A stretch of DNA of 34,064 nucleotides from the NCBI GenBank assembly GCA_003819755.1, contig RPQK01000003.1, positions 1 through 34,064 on the forward strand. The letters are read 5' to 3'. Positions within the stretch are counted from its first letter, which is position 1, and each line of letters begins with the position of its first letter. The stretch is from Acidobacteriota bacterium (GTDB taxonomy: Bacteria; Acidobacteriota; UBA6911; RPQK01). Positions 26,700 through 34,064 of this stretch are shown here, piece by piece. The notes below the pieces were generated by a model, which made no database searches, was not told the DNA's origin, and was given only the letters and a program-made list of their open reading frames with translations. The position numbers and the translations under genes are program-made.

Positions 26700-29186
26700 A
26701 TGAAAAGAGCGCCGTTCCACCTGCTTACCCTGTTGATTCTGACCAACTTCGCATTTCCCGATGTGCGTCCAAGATCGGTCGATGCCGCTGCCTTGAAGCT
26801 CGAGCTGAAGAAACTGACCGTCGTCGGGAACGTTCTTTACCTGGCCGCACATCCGGATGATGAAAACGCCGCCGTCCTGGCTTACTTGTCCCGAGGACGG
26901 TTGCTCCGAACCGGCTACCTTTCTTTGACCCGGGGCGACGGAGGCCAGAACCTGATAGGTTCCGAACAGGGTAAGCTCCTCGGTGTCATTCGGACGCAGG
27001 AGCTGCTTGCCGCCCGCAGCATCGACGGAGCCGAGCAGTTCTTCACCCGGGCGGTCGACTTTGGCTACTCGAAGACGGCCGAAGAGACGCTGCGGCTCTG
27101 GGGCAGGGAAGCCGTATTGTCGGATATCGTTTGGGTGATCAGGAAATTCCAGCCCGACGTGATCATAACGCGCTTCACGACGGAAGGCGGCGGGCACGGC
27201 AACCACACAGCTTCTGCGATCCTGGCCCAGGAGGCCTTTCAGGCGGCTGCAGATCCGACCCGGTTTCCGGGACAGCTTAAATCAGTCAAGCCCTGGCAGG
27301 CCAAACGACTCGTCTGGAACATGTACAACTGGGGTCGATACTCGGACGCCGAGACTACCGGTGCTTTGACCATTGACGTTGGGGAGTACAACCCTCTTCT
27401 CGGCAGGAGTTTCCGTGAGCTGGCCGGCGAAAGCCGCACCATGCACAAGAGCCAGGGAATGGGTGCGCCGGAAGGACGGGGAACGAGCGCCAATTACTTC
27501 AAACCCCAGGCCGGCGAACCGGCGAGATCGGACCTGATGGAGGGGATCGACCTGACCTGGGGTCGCATACCAGGAGGCGCGGCCATTGGCCAGCTTTTGG
27601 GGAAAGCCTGGTCGAGTTATCAGTTCGAGGATCCATCGAGTGTCGTCCCGCTCCTGGTCCAGGCTTACCAGATGATGCAGAAGCTCGAAGCAAATCCCAT
27701 GGTCCGCTACAAAGCCGAGGAGACCCTCGAGGCGATCCGGCTTTGTTCGGGCCTCTGGCTCGAGGCCATCAGCGACCGGGCCTCGGCATCGCCCGGACAG
27801 ACGGTCACCGTCAACCTGGCTGTCATCAACCGTTCGCGCTTGCGCCTGCGGCTGTTATCGGTTTCCGTCGAACCGGGCGCCGCATCCAAACAGCCTGATC
27901 TACGACTCGAGTACAACGTTCCTGCGACCGCCACGATCCCGCTTCCGATTCCAGCCGAAACCGGGTACACGGAGCCTTACTGGCTGGCTGAAGAGGGGAC
28001 TCCTTATCTCTACGAAGTGCGGGATCAGCAAAAAATCGGCCTGGCAGAGAGCGGGCCGGCGGTGCGTGCCAAGGTGCGAATCGCGTTTGAGACGGCGGAA
28101 CTGATGTACGAAGTGCCGGTGCTCTACCGCTGGGTCGACCCTGTCCAGGGCGAACGGTACCGCGCTTTTGAGGTGGCGCCGGAGGTTTCGGTCCGGCTGA
28201 ATGAACCGGTAACACTCTTCGCGAACGGTCAGCCGAAGCGGGTGCACGCCGAAGTGACCAATGGCACCGGTACCGTCTCCGGGACCATTTCAGTGAGGCT
28301 CCCGGCCGGCTGGGCGGCGGATCCGGCCAGCATTCCCCTGAACCTGTCCGTCAAGGGAGAAAAGCGAGACTCCGAGTTCCGCATCTCCCCGGCCGCGGGC
28401 GCTGTCTCCGGACCGATCAGCGTCGTGGTGGAGGCCGAGGGAAAACTCCTGGCCCGGTCCGTCGCCGCGGTAGAGTACCCTCATATTCCGGCGCAGACGG
28501 TATTCGAGGAATCCAAGGGGGTTCTTCTTCGCCTGGATGTCAAGAAAGTAGGCCAACGGGTTGGCTACATCATGGGATCCGGCGATTTCGTGCCCGAAGC
28601 CCTCAGGCAGATGGGATACGAGGTGACGCCCCTGACCGATGAAAGCCTTTTGGTCGCGAATCTTTCCTCCTACGACGCGATCGTCGTCGGCATTCGTGCC
28701 TACAACACCCGGCCTCTTCTCCAGACCGTCCATTCCAGGCTCCTTGACTACGTATCCGCCGGGGGGACGCTGGTCGTGCAATACAACACTCTGCAGGAGT
28801 TGATCACGACCGATCTTGGTCCGTATCCCTTCCGGCTCTCGCGCGAACGGGTTTCCGTGGAGGAAGCCCCGGTCCGGATACTCGCTCCGGAGCATCCGCT
28901 GCTGACGCAGCCAAACCGCATAACCGCGTCCGATTTTGAGGGCTGGGTCCAGGAGCGTGGGCTTTATTTCCCCGGGCAATGGGATCCCAAATACCAGACG
29001 GTGATTTCAACGGGGGACCCGGGTGAGCCCGCGCTCGACGGTGGTGTTTTGTACGCCCGGCACGGGAAGGGAATCTACATCTATACCAGTTATGCCTGGT
29101 TCCGCGAGCTTCCGGCCGGTGTTCCGGGCGCCTATCGTTTTTTCGCTAACATGGTGTCTGCAAGGGGCAGTAAAGATGGCAGTTGA
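26700..29186 (+). CDS. Secreted PIG-L/LmbE-family deacetylase with C-terminal beta-sandwich and GATase-like domains
   Basis: Signal peptide; AAHPDDE, TRGDGGQN, RTQEL, DFGYSK, HGNH and HKSQG; C-terminal WVQERGLY and FRELPAGVPGA. Confidence 0.9.
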   Translation: MKRAPFHLLTLLILTNFAFPDVRPRSVDAAALKLELKKLTVVGNVLYLAAHPDDENAAVLAYLSRGRLLRTGYLSLTRGDGGQNLIGSEQGKLLGVIRTQELLAARSIDGAEQFFTRAVDFGYSKTAEETLRLWGREAVLSDIVWVIRKFQPDVIITRFTTEGGGHGNHTASAILAQEAFQAAADPTRFPGQLKSVKPWQAKRLVWNMYNWGRYSDAETTGALTIDVGEYNPLLGRSFRELAGESRTMHKSQGMGAPEGRGTSANYFKPQAGEPARSDLMEGIDLTWGRIPGGAAIGQLLGKAWSSYQFEDPSSVVPLLVQAYQMMQKLEANPMVRYKAEETLEAIRLCSGLWLEAISDRASASPGQTVTVNLAVINRSRLRLRLLSVSVEPGAASKQPDLRLEYNVPATATIPLPIPAETGYTEPYWLAEEGTPYLYEVRDQQKIGLAESGPAVRAKVRIAFETAELMYEVPVLYRWVDPVQGERYRAFEVAPEVSVRLNEPVTLFANGQPKRVHAEVTNGTGTVSGTISVRLPAGWAADPASIPLNLSVKGEKRDSEFRISPAAGAVSGPISVVVEAEGKLLARSVAAVEYPHIPAQTVFEESKGVLLRLDVKKVGQRVGYIMGSGDFVPEALRQMGYEVTPLTDESLLVANLSSYDAIVVGIRAYNTRPLLQTVHSRLLDYVSAGGTLVVQYNTLQELITTDLGPYPFRLSRERVSVEEAPVRILAPEHPLLTQPNRITASDFEGWVQERGLYFPGQWDPKYQTVISTGDPGEPALDGGVLYARHGKGIYIYTSYAWFRELPAGVPGAYRFFANMVSARGSKDGS

Positions 29187-29319
29187 TGACGAAGTTGATC
29201 CCAGTGCCGAGGAAGAGCAGCCGCCGTTCGGGTCGTGGTCTCATTGGTACCTCGCGGTTCTGCTGGCGCTGGTTGTCCTGATCGTCCTGTTCTACGGCTT
29301 TACGCGCGCGTTTGGATAG
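29176..29319 (+). CDS. Small single-TM membrane protein (47 aa) associated with Na+/solute symporter
   Basis: ATG overlaps the end of the LmbE gene with AAGGGG SD; PPFGSWSHWY followed by one TM helix. Confidence 0.75.
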   Translation: MAVDDEVDPSAEEEQPPFGSWSHWYLAVLLALVVLIVLFYGFTRAFG

Positions 29320-29321
29320 CG

Positions 29322-29461
29322 GGATGGTTGCTGACGGGGCGCTAGTAACGCCCTGAAAGACCGGAAGGACCGGAAGGACCAGAAGGACATGAAGGACATT
29401 TGTGTCTTTCTGGTCTTTCAGGTTTCTCAGGTCGTTACAAACGCCCCTTAACCAACCATCC
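29322..29461. repeat. Inverted 9-mer (AAGGACCGG) microsatellite hairpin with long unique outer stem
   Basis: GGATGGTTG..GGGGCG..GTAACG..CCTGA pairs with TCAGG..CGTTAC..CGCCCC..CAACCATCC; five AAGGAC-type inner units. Confidence 0.85.
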
Positions 29462-29483
29462 AGCCCTTTACACGTTCAAGCTC

Positions 29484-31175
29484 ATGAGGCCTCTTGACTG
29501 GGTCGTACTAGTTGCCTTCCTGCTCTTTTCCGTCGTGTTCGGCATTCGCCGGGGTCGGGGGACCCGCGACATCCGGGCTTACATGCTCGCCAACAAGAGC
29601 ATGCCCTGGTATGCAGTCGCGCTCTCGATCATGGCTACCCAGGCCAGCGCCATCACTTTTGTCTCGACGACCGGGCTGGCGTACGCCGATGGAATGCGCT
29701 TTGTGCAATTCTACTTCGGCCTCCCGATAGCGATGGTCCTCCTCTCGATCTTCGCCGTCCCAATCTTCCATCGCCTTAATGTCTACACGGCCTATGAGTA
29801 CCTGGAACAGCGGTTTGACCTGAAGACCCGGGTGTTGACGTCCGTGATTTTTCTGGTCTCGCGCGGGCTGGCCACCAGCCTCTCGCTCTATGCCCCCGCC
29901 CTGATCCTCTCGGTCGTCCTGGGGTGGGACGTGCGTCTCACGATCTGGCTCATCGGACTCCTCGTCATCCTCTACACGACGCTGGGCGGGGTGGTCGGTG
30001 TGAACTGGAACGACTTTCAACAGTTCATCGTCATCATGGGCTCGATGTTCGTGGCACTGGTCATGATCATCCACCTGCTACCCAACGATGTTTCCTTCGG
30101 GGAAGCCTTGTCGGTCGCGGGGGTGATGGGCCGTTTAAACGCCGTTGATTTCTCCTTCGACTGGCAGAATCGGTACAACTTCTGGTCGGGCCTGATCGGC
30201 GGCCTTTTCCTCGCCCTGGCTTACTTCGGAACCGATCAGTCCCAGGTGCAGCGCTACCTGACCGCCCGCTCGGTGGCGCAGAGCCGTATAGGACTCTTGT
30301 TTAATGGCCTCGCCAAGGTCCCAATGCAGTTCTTCATCCTGTTTGTCGGCGCCATGGTCTTTGTCTTCTACCAGTTCAACCCGGGGCCGATTTTCTTCAA
30401 CCCCATAGAGGAACAACGGATCACCACGAGCTCACTGGCACAAGAGTATGAGCGGGTTCAGGTCGAATACCGAGAGGCGCAAGCGGCAAAAGGAGAAAGG
30501 ATACGAAATTGGCTCGCGGTATCCAGGCTCGACAATCCTGCCGCAGAAAGCCGCGCCCGGACCGAACTGCAGGCTGCCGACCAAAAGGCGCGCCAATTGC
30601 GGAGCGAAGCTCTGGGCCTGATGAAGCAGAATGACCCTGCCGCCGACACGAACGATACGAACTATGTCTTCCTGACGTTCGTGATCCGATACCTTCCCGC
30701 CGGATTAGTCGGGTTAATCATCGTCGTCATTTTTGCCGCCACCATGTCGGCCATTTCATCCGCGTTGAACTCACTGGCCACGAGCAGCATCGTCGACGTG
30801 TATAAAAGGCTGTTGAGGGAAGAGGCTTCGGACAAGCACTACCTGCTCGTCTCCCGCCTGACCACCGTGGGTTGGGGCATCTTTGCGATTCTGGTTTCCG
30901 AGCAGGCCGCGCGGCTCGGCCCATTGATCGAAGCCGTGAACATCCTCGGATCGCTCTTTTACGGCACCGTTCTCGGAGTGTTCATTGTCGCCTTTCTGCT
31001 CAAGCGCGTAAGAGGGACGCCGACCTTCGTCGGCGCGCTGGTCGGTCAAGCCTTCGTCATCTGGCTCTTTCAATACACCACGGTCGCTTACCTCTGGCTG
31101 AACGTTTTTGGGGCTTTGGCCGTGGTGGGGGCAGCGGTGTTGCTCGCATTCCTGACGAGGGGGCGAAAAGTCTGA
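29484..31175 (+). CDS. Sodium:solute symporter (SSS) family transporter
   Basis: SIMATQASAITF, YTAYEYLEQRF, YFGTDQSQVQRYL and AATMSAISSALNSLA; many TM helices. Confidence 0.93.
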   Translation: MRPLDWVVLVAFLLFSVVFGIRRGRGTRDIRAYMLANKSMPWYAVALSIMATQASAITFVSTTGLAYADGMRFVQFYFGLPIAMVLLSIFAVPIFHRLNVYTAYEYLEQRFDLKTRVLTSVIFLVSRGLATSLSLYAPALILSVVLGWDVRLTIWLIGLLVILYTTLGGVVGVNWNDFQQFIVIMGSMFVALVMIIHLLPNDVSFGEALSVAGVMGRLNAVDFSFDWQNRYNFWSGLIGGLFLALAYFGTDQSQVQRYLTARSVAQSRIGLLFNGLAKVPMQFFILFVGAMVFVFYQFNPGPIFFNPIEEQRITTSSLAQEYERVQVEYREAQAAKGERIRNWLAVSRLDNPAAESRARTELQAADQKARQLRSEALGLMKQNDPAADTNDTNYVFLTFVIRYLPAGLVGLIIVVIFAATMSAISSALNSLATSSIVDVYKRLLREEASDKHYLLVSRLTTVGWGIFAILVSEQAARLGPLIEAVNILGSLFYGTVLGVFIVAFLLKRVRGTPTFVGALVGQAFVIWLFQYTTVAYLWLNVFGALAVVGAAVLLAFLTRGRKV

Positions 31176-31179
31176 TTTC

Positions 31180-32079
31180 CTAGATCCTCACCCGGCTGAA
31201 ATCTGACGCGCTGTCGTTGGCTCGAAAGCTCCAGAAGAGAATTCCGGAGTAGCCTTCCCTTTTTGCTTTTCGGACATATTGCGCCGGCTGGATGCCCGTT
31301 CCGGCCGTTGGGGCCTCACCCACGAGGCACGGCCGGTCAAGCGTGCGGATACCCGCCCGAAGGGCGGCGAGCCGGAGACGCAGGCGTCCCAGATACCAGT
31401 GACACTGATAGAGATCGAGCCCAAGGTTGCGCCAGTAGCGAAGCCATTGAGGTCGAGCACTCCCGACGGTGACCGGTTGCCCGGCCTCCTGGTGAATCAT
31501 CTCAGTACATTCGCGGACAAAGGCACGCATCGATTCGAGGTCAACCGAGCTCCCATTTGGTCGCTCGAATCGGCGCACAACCCATTCCGGTTCGTTGATC
31601 AGGTCCCAGGCGAATATCTCAGGACATCTTCCGTACCGGCCAAGAAGCGGGGCAAGGGCGTTCTTCAAAAAGGACTCGCGCCTGGCCGGCTCTGCGACGA
31701 CTTCAGAATGCCCTCCCAGTTGCACCCCCTCAAGGACCGAGCCTTGGCGGCACCAATGGAAATCGAGCAGAACCGGCATGACCTGAACACGGCTCTGTTC
31801 GGCGGTGTGAACCAGCGTGTCGAAGTCCCTAAAAAAGAAATCGTCAAAGCCCATGACATTGCCGGCGCTATCGAACTCCGGCGACGAACGCCCGTCGGCA
31901 AAAACGAAGACGCGAATGACCTTTTTCCCGCCAGTCCCCAGCACGGACTCAATTTCGCTAAACTCGCGATAAAGCTCTTTCTTGGCGCTCGCCAGCCCCC
32001 GGTAGCACCACCCGGAAGTGCCGAAGTCCTGTCCATAGTGCCGCCACGGGTAATTCGCGCCGATGATGAATTCTTTCAT
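31180..32079 (-). CDS. Clan GH-A (GH5-like, mannanase-like) glycoside hydrolase without signal peptide
   Basis: GANYPW, IRVF, WDLINEPEW, HWY, LVGE and GILFW motifs. Confidence 0.75.
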   Translation of the reverse strand: MKEFIIGANYPWRHYGQDFGTSGWCYRGLASAKKELYREFSEIESVLGTGGKKVIRVFVFADGRSSPEFDSAGNVMGFDDFFFRDFDTLVHTAEQSRVQVMPVLLDFHWCRQGSVLEGVQLGGHSEVVAEPARRESFLKNALAPLLGRYGRCPEIFAWDLINEPEWVVRRFERPNGSSVDLESMRAFVRECTEMIHQEAGQPVTVGSARPQWLRYWRNLGLDLYQCHWYLGRLRLRLAALRAGIRTLDRPCLVGEAPTAGTGIQPAQYVRKAKREGYSGILFWSFRANDSASDFSRVRI

Positions 32080-32083
32080 AGTG

Positions 32084-32205
32084 CGACAGGGACGAACACG
32101 GCCGAACAAGGCCGAAGACGGACAAACACGGACAGGGACACCACCAATTCAGTGCCAGCGCCTCCGTGCGTGTCAGTCCGTGTTCGTCCGTGTCCGTCCC
32201 TGTCG
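32084..32205. repeat. Inverted 10-mer (CACGGACGAA-type) microsatellite hairpin
   Basis: Outer CGACAGGGACG/CGTCCCTGTCG; 10-bp periodic arms; overlaps the 3' end of the 32173..33054 gene. Confidence 0.85.
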
Positions 32206-33054
32206 GTCCATTTCAAGCAAAAACCGCAGTCCCGCCCGACGGCAATCGCCGGGATGCGAATCCCACATTTCGTGTCCGGCGTCTTCAATAACGGTGATCC
32301 TGACGGCCGGATTAAGTTCCAGGATCCGGTCAGTAATCGCCTTGAAAAACGGCAGGCTCCGCTCTCCCTGGAGAAGCAGCGCGGGCACCCGGAGGGCACG
32401 GATGCTGTCCTCCGGGATCACGCTGAACGGGTCGCGGGAAAAGGCAATAGCTTCCCACTCCAGAGAATTGTCAAGCAGGGCCTGTCGGAGGTGGAGAGGG
32501 AACCGATCGTACTGTCCTTCCCCCTGGAAATACGCAATTGTCGATCGCACGGCCGCTTCGCGGTCTTTGCGCAACCAGGCCTTCCTGACCGGCTCCCAGA
32601 GATGCGTCATATGCTCGTCGTAAAGCTGCTGCAGCGAGGGCTCGGAGGTGCGAAGGAGTGGAAGAACGGGTGGCTCGGACAACACGAGCGAGTGGACGAG
32701 CCCCGGCTCCTGGATGGCGAGATACAAGGCGACGTAGGCACCCAGAGAATGAGCCACTATTCGAGCAGGCACGAGCTGAAGGCCGCGCAGCAGGGAAGCA
32801 AGATCCTCCGCCTCGATCGCCACCGAATGATCTTCGCCGCTCCAGGAGTTCAGGTTCGGGTAGTTGTACCGCCGGCTATACGCCAGGGTTTTGAACCGTC
32901 GCGAGAAGGCCTCCACATGCCTGTCCCAACTCCGCACGTCGACAAGAGAGCCATGGACCAGAACCAGGTTCCGTTCAGAAGCGGCGGAGTCGGCGAGCGA
33001 GTAGTGAAAACCGAGGTTTCCAACCCTGAAGAGACGCCAAGCCGTTTCAGCCAT
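32173..33054 (-). CDS. Alpha/beta fold hydrolase
   Basis: LVHGS oxyanion motif, AHSLG nucleophile elbow and DAGH catalytic His; start may be 33084. Confidence 0.88.
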   Translation of the reverse strand: MAETAWRLFRVGNLGFHYSLADSAASERNLVLVHGSLVDVRSWDRHVEAFSRRFKTLAYSRRYNYPNLNSWSGEDHSVAIEAEDLASLLRGLQLVPARIVAHSLGAYVALYLAIQEPGLVHSLVLSEPPVLPLLRTSEPSLQQLYDEHMTHLWEPVRKAWLRKDREAAVRSTIAYFQGEGQYDRFPLHLRQALLDNSLEWEAIAFSRDPFSVIPEDSIRALRVPALLLQGERSLPFFKAITDRILELNPAVRITVIEDAGHEMWDSHPGDCRRAGLRFLLEMDRQGRTRTNTD

Positions 33055-33118
33055 TCCTTTGATTCCACGTCCTTTCCACCGCACAAAATACGATATCCTG
33101 TTTTAAAGGACCTTGCCT

Positions 33119-33862
33119 ATGCTCAAAATCATGACGCTCAATCTCAATTACCTCGTTGACAAGCACGGAGCCTGGCCTGAAAGGCGTGGTCTTATCGCCC
33201 GAACGATCGAGCAGAACGGGCCGGACATCATCGCCTTCCAGGCCGTCCGTGCCATGGGAGGCGGCTTGACGCAGATCGAGGAGCTGTCTCGCCTGGTGTC
33301 CGGCTATCCCTATCGGGTCTTTATCGCGGCCGTGGAACACGGCGACGGGACGGCGGACGGGTCGGCTTTCCTTTCCCGAGTGCCGTCATCCAGCGTGGAT
33401 TCACTCAGGCTCAGCCTCCCGGACGACCCCGATGATCCAACCCCGCGGGTCCTGCTTCACGGCGTCTTCGTTTTGCAGCAAGGCATTCTGGACCTGCTTA
33501 ATTGCCATTTTTCCTGGATTTCGCCTCAGGCGGTTCGAAGTGTCTCCGAAGTTCTTCCCTACGTTGGCGGCATCAACGGTCCGGTGATGCTGGTCGGCGA
33601 CATGAATTCGACGCCCGAAACCGAGGCGATGAAGAAGCTCGCGCAAGCCGGCTTCATTGATGTCTGGTCGGAGCTCCATCCGGGCGACACCGGGTTTACT
33701 TTCGAAGCCGACAATCCGAGCATTCGGATCGACTACGCCTGGATTAACCCGCTCCTGCAGCCGCTTCTCAAGGGAATCGAGCAAGTCGGGGAACTATCGC
33801 CCCATCCGCCCAGGCTGTCTGACCACCTTGGGCTGGTGGTGACGCTGGAGTTGGCGGCGTAG
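33119..33862 (+). CDS. Endonuclease/exonuclease/phosphatase (EEP) family protein
   Basis: MTLN, PDIIAFQ, NCH, VGDMN, RIDY and SDH motifs; AAGGA SD. Confidence 0.9.
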   Translation: MLKIMTLNLNYLVDKHGAWPERRGLIARTIEQNGPDIIAFQAVRAMGGGLTQIEELSRLVSGYPYRVFIAAVEHGDGTADGSAFLSRVPSSSVDSLRLSLPDDPDDPTPRVLLHGVFVLQQGILDLLNCHFSWISPQAVRSVSEVLPYVGGINGPVMLVGDMNSTPETEAMKKLAQAGFIDVWSELHPGDTGFTFEADNPSIRIDYAWINPLLQPLLKGIEQVGELSPHPPRLSDHLGLVVTLELAA

Positions 33863-34008
33863 TGGAGTAACCACGGCCCGGCTCTGCAACTGTTCGGACT
33901 GTTCGCATCCGCCCGTCCTCGCCCCGCCTCCAGCTGACAATGTTATCCACGAATTACACGGCGCGGCGTAGCCGCAACCAAAAACCTGCCCGATGAAGAA
34001 GAAAGACA

Positions 34009-34050
34009 GAATGTCGAATATCGAATATCGAATGTCGAATGTCGAATGTC
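34009..34050. repeat. Heptamer tandem repeat GAAT(G/A)TC x6
   Basis: Six contiguous copies near the window end; any inverted arm would lie outside the window. Confidence 0.9.
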
Positions 34051-34064
34051 GAAGTGAGGAAGAA

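Noticed and set aside
31279-33159. 626-aa + strand ORF
   Set aside because: Antisense to two motif-supported minus-strand genes, with no recognisable motifs of its own.

Overview
A GC-rich bacterial chromosomal segment. Its secreted-protein types suggest Acidobacteriota, but that is inference. It holds about 25 mostly unrelated housekeeping or accessory genes: Spy/CpxP-like, two GH5-like hydrolases, CotH-LTD, class A beta-lactamase-like, VanZ-LamG, O-methyltransferase, radical SAM, PP2C/SpoIIE, PFK, MscL, TPR, Ldh_2, an LmbE + small membrane protein + Na+/solute symporter trio, alpha/beta hydrolases and an EEP enzyme. I found no rRNA, tRNA, CRISPR array, transposase or integrase. Main observations beyond the ORF track: (1) Eleven junctions carry elements built from 7-10 bp tandem microsatellites. 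Ten are two-armed inverted repeats, always with the A/purine-rich arm first, using at least six different repeat units; the last is a single arm at the window edge. (2) A thioredoxin-fold/TPR gene has an in-frame UGA in a UxxC motif and an adjacent SECIS-like hairpin, so it is probably a selenoprotein. (3) A chemoreceptor carries an HTCS-type Reg_prop/Y_Y_Y beta-propeller sensor. (4) There is an unannotated 46-aa ORF upstream of mscL. (5) An alpha/beta hydrolase gene is broken by an internal deletion.
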